A stretch of 64,000 nt of DNA from an uncultured delta proteobacterium (GCA_963816395.1 CAWFKQ010000014.1:44311-108310), one strand, 5' to 3'; counted from the stretch's first letter, positions 40,125 to 51,079 are shown. A program made the numbers and translations. Notes: generated by a model from the letters alone, not told the origin.

Positions 40125-41326
40125 AAGGCCCTCTCCAGAATATTCTGCAGATCGGTTGCCTCGGCGGTGCGCGGGGAGGTGAGAAGACAAATGTCCTGCG
40201 TGGCCTTGCGGGCGAGTTCGGGCAGATCTTCGCGCCGGACCCCGAGGGTGCGCAGGCTGCGGGGCGCTCCGCCGGCATCGAGGAGAGCTTCGATGGTGTC
40301 CTGCGCCATCTCCCCGGCGCCGCGCAGATCGCCATTGACCTTATGGCCGAGGGCGGCGGCCAGTTCGGGAAGCTTTTCCGTCACCACCGGGATATCGTAG
40401 CGCAGCACCTGCGGCAGCAGCACGGCATTGACGCTGCCGTGATTGGTGTCATAGAGCCCACCGATGGGGTGCGCCAGGGCATGGACGATTCCCAGCAGGG
40501 AGTTGGAAAAGGCCATCCCGGCGTGCAGGCTAGCCCGCGCCAGGTTCTCCAGGTCCGGCGCCCGGCGTTCCCGGACCGCGGCGACGAAACTTTTCTCGAT
40601 CAGGCGCAGCGCCCGCAAGGCATTGACATCGGTGAGGCTGGAGGAAGCGATGGAGAAAAAGGCCTCGACGGCGTGGCTCATGGCATCGGTGGCGGTGGTG
40701 CAGACGTATTCGTCCGGCAGCGTTTCCAGGGTATCCGGATCGGTGAGGCTGATGTCCGGCGCGACGCAGCGGCTCATCAGGGTCATCTTGCAGAGCCGTT
40801 CCGTATCGCTGACGATGGCGAACTGCGACACATCGGAGCCGGTGCCGCAGGTGGTCGGACAAAGGACGGTGGGGGGGAGCGGCCGGTGGATCCGGTCCGA
40901 CCCGACGTAGTCGCGGATCGCCCCGCCGTTCGACACCAGGATGGCGATCCCCTTGGCGGCGTCCATGGCGCTGCCGCCGCCCAGCCCGACAATGACGTCG
41001 GCGCCGTGCCGGATATATTCCCGCGCCCCCTCTTCGACCTCGAAATCCTTTGGGTTGGAGGTGATCTGGTCGAAATAGACGAAACCCAGGCCGGCCGCGA
41101 GCAAACTCTTCATGACCTTGTCGACCCATCCGGCCTCGAAGAGCCCCTGATCGCTGACCAGGAAAATCTTCTTGCCGCCGAGCCGCCGGGCGCAGGACCC
41201 CACCTGGCCGAGCAGACCGCGGCCGAAGATGATCTCCGGGACCTCAAACTTGCAGTGGTGATAAGCCGGCCGGGTCGGAACCGCCTCTTCTATTTTTCTG
41301 TTTTCCGCCAAGGAGAGATCTCCCAT
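40121..41326 (-). CDS. Fe-ADH-like protein, probably regulatory (ErcA-like)
   Basis: KFEVPEIIFGRG, SNPKD, GGGS, TGSDVSQF, DAMSHAVE; translationally coupled to the kinase. Confidence 0.8.
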   Translation of the reverse strand: MGDLSLAENRKIEEAVPTRPAYHHCKFEVPEIIFGRGLLGQVGSCARRLGGKKIFLVSDQGLFEAGWVDKVMKSLLAAGLGFVYFDQITSNPKDFEVEEGAREYIRHGADVIVGLGGGSAMDAAKGIAILVSNGGAIRDYVGSDRIHRPLPPTVLCPTTCGTGSDVSQFAIVSDTERLCKMTLMSRCVAPDISLTDPDTLETLPDEYVCTTATDAMSHAVEAFFSIASSSLTDVNALRALRLIEKSFVAAVRERRAPDLENLARASLHAGMAFSNSLLGIVHALAHPIGGLYDTNHGSVNAVLLPQVLRYDIPVVTEKLPELAAALGHKVNGDLRGAGEMAQDTIEALLDAGGAPRSLRTLGVRREDLPELARKATQDICLLTSPRTAEATDLQNILERAF

Positions 41327-41447
41327 TTCCGGAGGAAAGGAAAGTTATTGTTTTTCTGTCATAAATACTTGTAGCAATTCTTGTGCCCTGAAGTCAAACG
41401 GAGTTTTAAATTTTTTCTTGCAATCCTTCGCCCGGCAATGCGGAAGT

Positions 41448-41482
41448 GCGAATATTTTCCCCGCTGTAGAGGACTTCCCCAC
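41448..41482. promoter_or_regulatory. Tandem 17-bp candidate enhancer sites
   Basis: Minus strand GTGGGGAAGTCCTCTAC-A-GCGGGGAAAATATTCGC. Confidence 0.6.
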
Positions 41483-41761
41483 TGTCGCCGACATCCCCTC
41501 CTGCTCCGCTTCGGGTGAGACTCGGCGGCGCGCCAACCGCTTGCAGACGATGTTGCCGAAAATCGCAAGTGTCTGTCAGATCGATATTCTTCCCCCGCTG
41601 CCGACGCCGTGCCACAGATCCTTTCGCCGCTGCCGGGCACTTCCCCATGCCGGCACGAGAATAGAAAACCCTATCCCATTATTCCCCACCTTAAATTCTG
41701 GTCCAGTGTTATTTTCTTTGCAAATACAATCATTTGCATTCAAAACCGCTGTTTTATTGCC

Positions 41762-41778
41762 TTGGCACCCTGGTTGCA
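41762..41778 (+). promoter_or_regulatory. sigma54 promoter
   Basis: TTGGCAC-CCTGG-TTGCA. Confidence 0.88.
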
Positions 41779-42041
41779 GATGTCGCTCTAGACGACCACC
41801 CATGGGAAGCAACGGCAGCACTTTAGATTTCCATTTCCATCCAAAAGGAGGCAAATCGAAGAGGAAAATCACTTTCACTGTGCTGTTTTCTGCGCTTCCG
41901 GCCGGGCACCCGCTAAGGCGAGCTTCACGACGGAAACGATAACGCTCCAGCCGTAGGTACCTTGTTTTACCGGTGACCGGCACGAGCTGTGCCGGTATGC
42001 GCAACGACACCCCACCATCACTGGCCTGAAAGGAGACAACC

Positions 42042-42314
42042 ATGCCCAAGTACGTCATCGAGCGGGACATCCCCGGAGCGGGGAATCTGACCCCGGCCGA
42101 TCTGCAGGCGATTTCGCAGAAATCGTGCGGGGTCCTGAACAACCTCGGCCCGCAGATCCAGTGGGTACAGAGCTACGTTACCGCCGACAAAATTTATTGC
42201 GTCTACATCGCCCCCAATGAGGCGATGGTGCGCGAGCACGCAATCCAAGGCGGGTTTCCCGCCAACCGCATCTCGGAAATCAGGTCCGTGATTGATCCAA
42301 CCACGGCTGAATAG
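42042..42314 (+). CDS. DUF4242 family small protein
   Basis: MPKYVIERDIPG...W..SYV..DK.YCVY.AP...GFPANRI; AAGGAG RBS. Confidence 0.8.
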   Translation: MPKYVIERDIPGAGNLTPADLQAISQKSCGVLNNLGPQIQWVQSYVTADKIYCVYIAPNEAMVREHAIQGGFPANRISEIRSVIDPTTAE

Positions 42315-42375
42315 GCTCTGCCCACCGACAACAAAGGCGGTCGGAAAAGAGAAAAATCACTCAAGGAGAAGAAAA

Positions 42376-42906
42376 ATGACCTTAGCTCTTCTGGTTCTGA
42401 TCAGCATCATGTGGGTCCCCGTCGGTCTGTTTTTCCTGGGCTACGGCGAAGCCAAAACGACCGGCTTTGTCAGTGCGGTAGTAGGCGTACTCGTTGTGCT
42501 GGGGGCAACTCTTCAGGCGGCGGTTTTCACCGATCCCTTTACCGCCGGGCTGCTCTTCGTCTTCGGCGTGCTCTATATCCAGACCGGGCATGCCCTGATG
42601 ACGGGGGTGACGGATCTGCGTACCGTCGGCAATGGCGCTTTGCTGGTCGGTATCGTTTGTGCCGTTTATGCCTATTTCTATGCAACCGGTGGCGGCGTCA
42701 AGCCCGACGGTCAGACCTTCATCGGCGTCGCTCCCTATCTGGCATTCATGAACATTACATTCGTCGTCATCTGTTTTACCGTTACCGGCGTGACATACGG
42801 AAAGGTCAATGCAAAGATCGCCGCGGTGATGTTCCTGGTCCTGAGTGGCACTTGCCTGCTGGTCCCGGCTTTCAGCCTCATGGGTTACGGCCGGCTGCCA
42901 TTCTAA
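42376..42906 (+). CDS. Small multi-pass membrane protein, AmiS/UreI-like channel
   Basis: About six hydrophobic helices; K.TG and LLF.FG.LY pattern recalls the AmiS/UreI family. Confidence 0.55.
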   Translation: MTLALLVLISIMWVPVGLFFLGYGEAKTTGFVSAVVGVLVVLGATLQAAVFTDPFTAGLLFVFGVLYIQTGHALMTGVTDLRTVGNGALLVGIVCAVYAYFYATGGGVKPDGQTFIGVAPYLAFMNITFVVICFTVTGVTYGKVNAKIAAVMFLVLSGTCLLVPAFSLMGYGRLPF

Positions 42907-43042
42907 TCGTCTAATCTTGCCCGTCCGGCGCGTCGACTGCCGTCATTCTGGCTGATGGCTGATGGCCAAGTGAATCCTGGCGTTTTAATTCATCTTGCAG
43001 TCAGCGGCTACCCTGCCCTGGCCTGTTTGGAAAGGAGATTTT

Positions 43043-44224
43043 ATGAAATCCGCACAACTTCTGGCCCTTCTTCTGGCAATTATGGTAGTGGCCGCCAGCG
43101 TCCCGGCGTCGGCCGCCATTACCCTCTATGACAAGGAAGGATTGACCTTCTCGGCCGACGGCTCCTTCAACACCTTCTACGTCTTCAGCGACAGCCAGAA
43201 GAACGATGAGATGGAGGCACTGCTGGGGATCCCGGACCGCCAGCAGTCCCGGGTCAAAATGGGCTTCCTGCCCAACTGGATCGGCTTCAATTTCAGCAAG
43301 CAGCTGGGCAACATGAAGGTGGGCGGCCGCTCTTCCTTCTGGGTGAGCATCAACGACAGTCAGGAAATCGACGGCTCGCACGGTCTTACCGACAGCCTGA
43401 TCGATATCCGCCAGTTCTACGGCACCGTGGACGGCTCCTGGGGTCAGGTCCTGTTCGGCAAGGACTTCGGCCTGTTCAACCGTTCCAATATTTTTCTTGA
43501 CGAAATTCTGCTCGGCTACGGCAATGTGAGCGACACCCTGGGGCTGATCAACGGCACCGATGTGTCCTTCGGCGACATCGGCACCGGCTACACCTATCCT
43601 ATGCCTACGGCGCAGATCACCTACCGCACCCCCGAGCTGGCCGGACTCAAGCTGGCGATCGGCCTGCTCGACCCGGCCTTTACCACCGGCAATGACGGAG
43701 AAGAGAAGGCGCCGCGGCTCGAAGGGGAACTGACCTACAACCACACCTTCGGCCCCGCCGCCGTGACCGCCTGGGTCGGCTTTCTCGCCCAGAACTCCAC
43801 CAGCGATACGGCCGATGACGTCAATTCCCGGGGCGTCTCCTATGGTGTCCGGGCGAGTATGTCCGGCCTGGCCCTGCACGCCTCCGGCTTCACCGCCAAA
43901 GGGGTCGGTTTCCTCCTCGGCCCCGGTCCGGATACCGCTCTCGGCTTTCCGCTCACCCAGGGAGGGGATGAAGTCGACAGCGACGGCTATCTCCTGCAGG
44001 CCGCCTATACCTACGGGCCGTCCCGGCTGGTCGCCTCCTACGGCAAGAACAAGTTCGACTCCTCCCCGGATGAGTGGGATAACTGGACCGCGACCGGCGC
44101 CTATTTCTATACCTTCAACGACTACCTCAAGCTGGTGGCCGAGTACAATGTCAATAAGATCTCGATCGGCAGTGCCGAAGAGAAAACCAATACGGGCGCT
44201 GTGGGCGCCATCCTCAACTTCTGA
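43043..44224 (+). CDS. Outer-membrane porin
   Basis: Signal peptide, RQFYG.V.G.WG...FGKD, QITY.TP, C-terminal Phe. Confidence 0.88.
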   Translation: MKSAQLLALLLAIMVVAASVPASAAITLYDKEGLTFSADGSFNTFYVFSDSQKNDEMEALLGIPDRQQSRVKMGFLPNWIGFNFSKQLGNMKVGGRSSFWVSINDSQEIDGSHGLTDSLIDIRQFYGTVDGSWGQVLFGKDFGLFNRSNIFLDEILLGYGNVSDTLGLINGTDVSFGDIGTGYTYPMPTAQITYRTPELAGLKLAIGLLDPAFTTGNDGEEKAPRLEGELTYNHTFGPAAVTAWVGFLAQNSTSDTADDVNSRGVSYGVRASMSGLALHASGFTAKGVGFLLGPGPDTALGFPLTQGGDEVDSDGYLLQAAYTYGPSRLVASYGKNKFDSSPDEWDNWTATGAYFYTFNDYLKLVAEYNVNKISIGSAEEKTNTGAVGAILNF

Positions 44225-44241
44225 CCCGAGAGCTGTCAAGG

Positions 44242-44282
44242 CGGACCGGCTGCCGGAGGAAAATCCTCCGGCAGCCGGTCCG
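44242..44282 (+). terminator. Strong hairpin after the porin gene
   Basis: CGGACCGGCTGCCGGAGGA-AAA-TCCTCCGGCAGCCGGTCCG. Confidence 0.6.
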
Positions 44283-44310
44283 ACCGTCTGGCCGAAAATT
44301 AGGATATTTC

Positions 44311-44544
44311 ATGGACATACCATCGAGCGCAGATCCCGTCTGGCGGGACATCATCACCGGCAAGGTCAAAATCCAGTTTGACCTGGTCGCCGTGAAAATT
44401 CTCCATGGCGCCCTGACGCGCAGCTTTGCCCGGGATCCTTCCCCGCGCCGGCTGGAAAAATGCGCCGCCGATCTGCGGGAATTTTTCGTGCAGAATGCGC
44501 AGCAACCCGCGGCGCAGGCGGACCTGAAGAAAATCGGCGGCTAG
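44311..44544 (+). CDS. Hypothetical protein (77 aa)
   Basis: ORF with AGGA RBS, closely coupled to the next gene. Confidence 0.6.
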   Translation: MDIPSSADPVWRDIITGKVKIQFDLVAVKILHGALTRSFARDPSPRRLEKCAADLREFFVQNAQQPAAQADLKKIGG

Positions 44545-44550
44545 GAGGTT

Positions 44551-45586
44551 TTGGCGGTGCTTGCAGCAATGTCCTCCGTACACGAGGCCAGGGAAAAAAT
44601 CCTGCAGGGGAGGAAGCTCCTGCTGGCAGGCGACGAGCGCCTGCTCGCGCAGCTGCCACCCGGCCAGTGGATCGGCGGCACCATCGCCTATTTCATGACG
44701 GAACAGGGCGGCCTGTGCACCAGGGAGAGGCTTCACGTCACGGAACTTCCCGACTTCATCGGCGATATCAGCATCCGCCGCTACGATGAACGGAGCATCG
44801 ACAGCATCTACCGGGATGCGCCGAAAAACGGCTTCAGCATCATCATCATTCCGGGCCGCTCCAGGCTGCACTTCTCCTTTGCCCTGAATGCCCCCAGTTA
44901 CGAGGGATTCGCCCATCATCCTCTGATCGGCTGGATCTCCGGGGTTCATCTGGACGATCTGGGCAAGGAATCGCCCAAAGTCTTCGACGGCCGAACGGCC
45001 GAAGCTCTGGCCGAAGGGGCCATTGTCATGCACGTGCCGCTGCCGAAGAGCAAATTTGCCGATATCGGCATCATCAATATCTTCGAGCAGGGGGAAGGCG
45101 ACACCATCGAGTTTCCGGCCGACGGCTTCAGCGCCCGGGAGGCCCGCATCAACGGCAGAAAGGGAAATTTCGGCCGTTATATCTTTGAAAATCGTTTCGA
45201 CAAACGCCTGCCGCTGGTCGCGGATTTCCACGGGCTGCGCATCAATACCAGCTTCCGCGAGGGAGATGAGCTGGAGACGGAGGTCGAATTCTACGCCCCG
45301 GTGTTCAGCGGTCTGCTCTACAAGCACGCCCGGCCGGTGCAAGACTACGTGAACCGGTTTCATCGGCCAGTTGCCGGACGGCAGCGGACATCAGATTCTC
45401 TTCGCCTGCAACTGCATCCTGAACTATCTCTACTCGGAACTGGAGGGAAAACAGATCGCCGGGATCACCGGCCCGACCACCTTCGGTGAAATCGCCTATC
45501 TGCTGCTGAATCAGACCATGGTCTACCTGCGGATCATCGATCTGCCGCCCGAACCTGAATTTCCGAACTCGCCTCCAGCCGGTTGA
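44551..45586 (+). CDS. FIST-like (DUF6976-type) hypothetical protein; frameshift near 45360
   Basis: LLLAGDE...LP.G.WIGGTI.YFM; C-terminal CNCILNYLY...GPTTFGEIAY.LLNQT in ORF 45371..45586. Confidence 0.65.
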
Positions 45587-45978
45587 ACGACCGGGTGGAA
45601 GCGGGAAAACAGAGCCTCCTGGCTCGTCTCTCCTCAATTGGGGGGAAACCTCGCGTTTCCCCCATTTTTTTGCGGCCGGCCCGCACCCCCGCACCTCCCT
45701 CCTGGATTCAGCCGGCTCTGACCTGAGGAATTATGACACAACCGCCGCCGGAGCACCCGGCAACGGGAATTAGCCCGACGGAGAAGAATTCCCCAATGGG
45801 GAACTTTCGAACATTCCTATTCCGGGCCTCCCCATTTCCGGATTAAAAAGTCGCGGCACCGCCCTTTCCGCGGCGCTCGAAGTCGCCTCATGATTAACCC
45901 AACCCTCTGTTTTTACCTATTTCGTTCGTCGTCGGTGCGCTGCCGCGGGCATTTCCCCCACCTCCCATTTCCTGCTCT

Positions 45979-45995
45979 TTGGCGCGGGTTTTGCT
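45979..45995 (+). promoter_or_regulatory. sigma54 promoter
   Basis: TTGGCGC-GGGTT-TTGCT, about 65 bp upstream of the radical SAM gene. Confidence 0.75.
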
Positions 45996-46060
45996 GCGGT
46001 ACCTTCACCGTCTGCCATTCGGCGATTCGGCCGGCGCCACCTTCAAATTCGGTTTTCAGC

Positions 46061-47386
46061 ATGGCCATTATTACCAAAATCCAAAAGACCTCTGAGCATC
46101 CCGCCGAGCGGGAATATCCTTCCCGGCTCTTCGTGGAGACCACCTCGCGCTGCAATCTCAACTGCTTCATGTGCGTCAAGCAGACGCCGAAGAACGGCAT
46201 CCGGGAGGGGGACCTCGCGCCGGAGCTCTTTCAGGCGCTGGCGCCGGCCTGGCCGCACCTGGAAGCGCTGGTGCTGAACGGCATCGGCGAGCCTCTCCTG
46301 CACCCCCGCCTGGAGGAGTTCATCCGCCTGGCCCGGCGGGAAGTGCCGGCGGACTGCTGGATCGGCTTTCAGTCGAATGGGCTCTTGCTGAACGGCCAGC
46401 GAGCCCTCGCCCTCGTCCGGGCGGGGCTCGACCGGGTCTGCCTCTCCCTCGATTCAGTGTCGCCGGAGAACTTCCGCCGGGTTCGCGAGGGGGGCGAGCT
46501 GAGCGCGGTCGAACGCGCCCTCGCCGCCCTGGCCGCCGCCCGGCGCGAAGCCCGGCCGGAGTTGCAGGTGGGAGTGGAATTCGTCCTGATGCGGGACAAT
46601 CTCCATGAGCTGCCGGCGGTGGTCGAGTGGGCGGCGGCCCGGGGGGCGGCTTTCGTCATCGTCACCCACATGCTCCCCTACGATGGCGCGCACGCCGCCC
46701 AGGCCGCCTATGAATTGTGCACCGACGCGGCCATCGAGCTGTTCGGCCGCTGGGAACAGAAGGCCCGGCTGGCCGGAGTGGATATCCGCCGCTATTTCGA
46801 AGTCCTCTGGAAATACTGCAAGAGCCCCGAGGAGCAGCGCATCATCGGCTTCATCAACGGGATGAAGGCGGAAGCGGAAAGCCGCCAGATGACCCTGGAG
46901 CTGAAGAAGCTGCTGGCCCACGATCTGGAGTGGCTGCAGCGGATGCGGGACGTCTTCGCCGAAACGCGGCTGGCCGCCGCAGCCGCCGGTCTCGATCTGC
47001 GCCTGCCGGAGAGCGTTCCGACGGAAGAGCGCCGGTGCCAGTTCATCGAGGACGGCAGCGCCTTTGTCGCCTGGAATGGCGATGTCCACCCCTGCTATTT
47101 CCTCTGGCACCGCTACAACTGCCATGCCAGCGGCTGGGACCAGAAGGTCCAACCGAGGGCATTCGGCAACCTTGCCGGCGCCAGCTTGAAAGAGATCTGG
47201 GATGGGGAGCCGTTTCGCGCCTTCCGGAATAATGTCCGCACCTACAACTATCCCTCTTGCGCCAGTTGCAGTCTCGCCCCCTGCGACTACGTGCAGACCG
47301 AGGAATTCGAACAGGACTGCCACATCAAGGCAGAGCCGTGCGGCAGCTGCCTCTGGTGCATGGGTCTCTTCCAGTGCCTGCGCTAA
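46061..47386 (+). CDS. Radical SAM/SPASM putative metalloenzyme maturase
   Basis: CNLNCFMC, GIGEP, Cys-rich C-terminus CASCSLAPC...C...CGSCLWCMGLFQC. Confidence 0.88.
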   Translation: MAIITKIQKTSEHPAEREYPSRLFVETTSRCNLNCFMCVKQTPKNGIREGDLAPELFQALAPAWPHLEALVLNGIGEPLLHPRLEEFIRLARREVPADCWIGFQSNGLLLNGQRALALVRAGLDRVCLSLDSVSPENFRRVREGGELSAVERALAALAAARREARPELQVGVEFVLMRDNLHELPAVVEWAAARGAAFVIVTHMLPYDGAHAAQAAYELCTDAAIELFGRWEQKARLAGVDIRRYFEVLWKYCKSPEEQRIIGFINGMKAEAESRQMTLELKKLLAHDLEWLQRMRDVFAETRLAAAAAGLDLRLPESVPTEERRCQFIEDGSAFVAWNGDVHPCYFLWHRYNCHASGWDQKVQPRAFGNLAGASLKEIWDGEPFRAFRNNVRTYNYPSCASCSLAPCDYVQTEEFEQDCHIKAEPCGSCLWCMGLFQCLR

Positions 47387-47543
47387 AGGCCGGAGATGGC
47401 GGATTAATGCCTCAATTAAATTGTTCTTAAAGTAAATATTACCATAAGTTCACTTGCCTTTAATCCCCCGCAGGTATAAGAATCAAATCCTTTTCGGTTG
47501 CAGTTGTCTTACGAGCCCGCCAGTCGCCAGAAAGGCAAAACCC

Positions 47544-48128
47544 TTGAACCAGAGCAAAATCTTTCTTTCCCGAACAGCCACCAACCGGGATTTCCGCAGG
47601 GAGGTGGAAGCCCTGTCCGGAACTTCAGCCCAACACTGTTTCCAATGCGGCAAATGCTCGGCCGGGTGTCCGATGCGCTCCTTCATGGAGCATCCGCCCA
47701 ACCGCCTCCTCCGCTTCCTTCAGCTCGGCCAACGCGAACAGCTGCTCGCCGGCCGCTCCATCTGGTACTGCGCTTCCTGCGAAACCTGCACCACGCGCTG
47801 TCCCAACGGGGTGGACCTGGCGGCCATCATGGATGCCCTGCGGCAGCTGTGGTGGGAGAGTCAGGGGCGTTCCGAAGAGAGTGAGGTGCAGCTGGCCAAC
47901 CGGCTGTTCATCGAGAATATCCGCCGCTACGGCCGGCAGCACGAGATGCGCCTGGGCGCCCTGTTCAACCTGAAGAGCGGCAAACTGTTCAAGGATCTCA
48001 CCCTGGGACCGAAACTCCTCGCCCGCGGCAAGCTCAAGCTTTCCCAGGGCAGGAACCGTAACCTCGCCGAGATTGAACAGATTTTCGCCCGCATCGAGAA
48101 GATGCGGCAGAAAGGACAGACCCCGTGA
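47544..48128 (+). CDS. hdrC: Heterodisulfide reductase subunit C-like
   Basis: CFQCGKCSAGCP and CASCETCTTRCP. Confidence 0.9.
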   Translation: MNQSKIFLSRTATNRDFRREVEALSGTSAQHCFQCGKCSAGCPMRSFMEHPPNRLLRFLQLGQREQLLAGRSIWYCASCETCTTRCPNGVDLAAIMDALRQLWWESQGRSEESEVQLANRLFIENIRRYGRQHEMRLGALFNLKSGKLFKDLTLGPKLLARGKLKLSQGRNRNLAEIEQIFARIEKMRQKGQTP

Positions 48129-49016
48129 GCGGCCTCAACACCGCCCTGAACTACGGGTACTATCCCGGTTGCTCGCTGCACGCCTCGGCCCGGGAGTACG
48201 ACCAGTCCACCCGCGCGCTGTTCGGCGCCCTGGGGATCACTCGTTACCGAGGTGCCCGACTGGCTGTGCTGCGGCGCGACCCCGGCGCACAACGTCGACG
48301 AACTCCTCTCGCTGTCGCTCTGCGCCAAGAACCTGGTGCAGGCCGAATCGGTGCCGGGGGACCTGGCGGTACCGTGCGCCGCCTGCTTTTCGCGCCTGAA
48401 GACCACCCAGCACGAACTGGCCGGCGACGCGGCCAAGCGCAGCCAGGTGGGACGGGCCATCGACGGGCCGGTGCCGCTGGGGAAAAAGGTCAAACACCTG
48501 CTGGAGATCCTGGACGGCGACTACGGCCTGGAGCGGCTGTCGGCCGCGGTGAAAAAGCCCCTGACGGGGCTGAAAGTCGCCTGCTATTACGGCTGCCTGC
48601 TCACCCGCCCCCCCGGCGTACCGCAACTCGACGACGCCGAGGCGCCGACCATCATGGAGCGGATCATCGAAGCGGCCGGGGCGCAGACCGTCCCCTGGAG
48701 CCACCGGCTGGAATGCTGCGGGGCCAGCTTCACCTTGTCGCGTCCGGCGGTGATCCTCAAGCTTACCGGCGATATTCTCGCCGCCGCCAGGGAGGCCGGC
48801 GCCGACTGCGTGATGGTCGCCTGTCCGCTTTGCCAGGGGAACCTGGACCTGCGCCAGCAGGAAGTGGAGAGGGCGAACGGCGCCCGCTACGGGCTTCCCG
48901 CCCTCTATCTCACCCAGTTGCTCGGCCTGGCGGTGGGAACCCCCGCCGCCCGGCTCGGCCTGGACAGTCTTCTGGTCAGCCCCCTGGGCCTCTTGCAGGA
49001 AAAAGGACTGTTGTAG
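48125..49016 (+). CDS. hdrB: Heterodisulfide reductase subunit B-like; frameshift near 48245
   Basis: YYPGCSL, W.CCG, CAAC, YYGCLL.RP, CCG, ACPLC. Confidence 0.9.
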
Positions 49017-49068
49017 GGGCAGGCCTTGTGCCTGCCCTGATTCGGGCAACCACCAGGGTTGCCCCTAC
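49013..49068. repeat. GTAG-type REP doublet
   Basis: GTAGGGGCAGGC...GCCTGCCC and GGGCAACC...GGTTGCCCCTAC. Confidence 0.75.
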
Positions 49069-49080
49069 GGGAATTCACAT

Positions 49081-51079
49081 ATGTCACGAATCGGTGTTTT
49101 TGTCTGTCACTGCGGGGAGAACATCTCCCGTACCGTCGACGTGGAGAAGGTGGCGGCGGCCGCTGCAGCGCTGCCCGGGGTCGCCTTCGCCACCGACTAC
49201 AAGTACATGTGTTCCGACCCCGGCCAGAGCCTGCTCAAGAAGGCGATTGCCGAGCACCGGCTCGACGGGGTGGTGGTCGCCGCCTGCTCGCCGCGCATGC
49301 ACGAGAAGACCTTCCGCAATGCCTCCAAGGCGGCCGGGCTCAATCCCTTTCCTGTGCGAGATGGCCAACATCCGCGAGCACTGCTCCTGGGTGCACGAAG
49401 ACCGTGCGGAGGCGACCGCCAAGGCCACCGACATCGTCCAGATGATGACGGCGCGGGTGAAAAAGGGGAGCAAGCTGACGGAGATCACCGTCCCGCTCAC
49501 CAAACGGGCGCTGGTCATCGGCGGCGGCATCGCCGGCATCCAGGCGGCCCTCGACATCGCCGACGCCGGCCATCAGGTGGTGCTGGTCGAGCGCGAGCCG
49601 TCCATCGGCGGGCACATGGCGCAGCTCTCCGAGACCTTCCCCACCCTCGACTGCTCCCAGTGCATCATGACGCCGAAGATGGTCGATGTGGCCAATCACC
49701 CCAACATCACCTTGTACACCTGGAGCGAGGTGGAGAAGGTCGAGGGCTACATCGGCAACTTCCAGGTGACGGTGCGCCGGAAGGCCCGCTCGGTCGACGA
49801 GGAGAAGTGCACCGGCTGCGGCCTCTGCAGCGCCAAGTGCCCGCAGAAGAAGATCCCCAACTCCTTTGACCGCGACCTCGGCATGCGTTCGGCCATCTAC
49901 GTCCCCTTTCCGCAGGCGGTCCCCAATACGCCGGTGCTCGACCGGGAGCACTGCACCTGGTTCAAGACCGGCAAGTGCGGCGTCTGCAAGAAGGTGTGCG
50001 GCCCCGGCGCCGTCGACTACGACCAGCAGGACCAGCTGCTCGTCGAGCCGGTCGGCGCCATCGTCGTCGCCACCGGCTTTCAGCTCTACGACATCGGCCG
50101 CAAGCCGGAGGGTTCTCCCTACAAGGGGTACGGCGAGTTCGGCTACGGCACCATCCCGGATGTCATCGACGGACTCACCTTCGAGCGGCTCGCCTCGGCC
50201 AGCGGCCCCACCGGCGGCGCCATCCGCCGCCCCTCCGACGGCAAGGAACCCAAGGAGGTGGTCTTCATCCAGTGCGTCGGCTCCCGGGCGCGCGAGAAGG
50301 GGATCTCCTACTGCTCGAAGATCTGCTGCATGTACACCGCCAAGCACACCATGCTCTACAAGCACAAGGTCCACGACGGTCAGGCTTACGTCTTTTTCAT
50401 GGACGCCCGCACCCCCGGCAAGAACTACGACGAGTTCTGGCGCCGCGCCGTCGAGGAGGAAGAGGCCAATTACATCCGCGGCATGGTCTCGCGCCTCTAC
50501 CGCAAGGGGGACAAGGTGGTGGTGGTCGGCAGCGACGTGATCGCCGGCACCCAGGTGGAGATCGAGGCGGACCTGGTGGTGCTGGCCACCGCCGTGCAGC
50601 CCCGCACGGGGGCCGACAGCCTGGCGCAGAAGCTCGGCATCTCCTACGACAAATACAACTTCTACAGCGAGGCGCACGCCAAGCTGAAGCCGGTCGAATG
50701 CGCCACCGCCGGCATCTACCTGGCCGGCGCCTGCCAGGGTCCCAAGGACATCCCCGAGACCGTCTCCCAGGCTTCCGCCGCCGCGGCCAAGGTGATGACC
50801 CTCTTCGCCAAGAAGCAGCTCGAGCGCGATCCGCTGGTCGCCCGGGTCAACGCGAACAACTGCACCGCCTGCTTCGCCTGCAGGAAGGTCTGCCCCTACG
50901 GCGCGGTGGAAGCCAGGGAAATCCGCGACCGGCAGGGGAACCTGCTGCGGGTGGTCGCCAGCGTCAATCCCGGCGTCTGCGGCGGCTGCGGCACCTGCCA
51001 GGCCACCTGCCCGTCCAAGTCGGTCGAACTCGACGGGTACACGGACGAGCAGATCCTCGCCATGATCGAAGCGCTGTAA
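49081..51079 (+). CDS. hdrA: Heterodisulfide reductase subunit A; frameshift near 49348
   Basis: RIGVFVCHCG, ACSPRMHE, ANIREHCSWVH, VIGGGIAG, TFPTLDC, QCVGSR, CS.ICC, GPKDIP. Confidence 0.95.
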
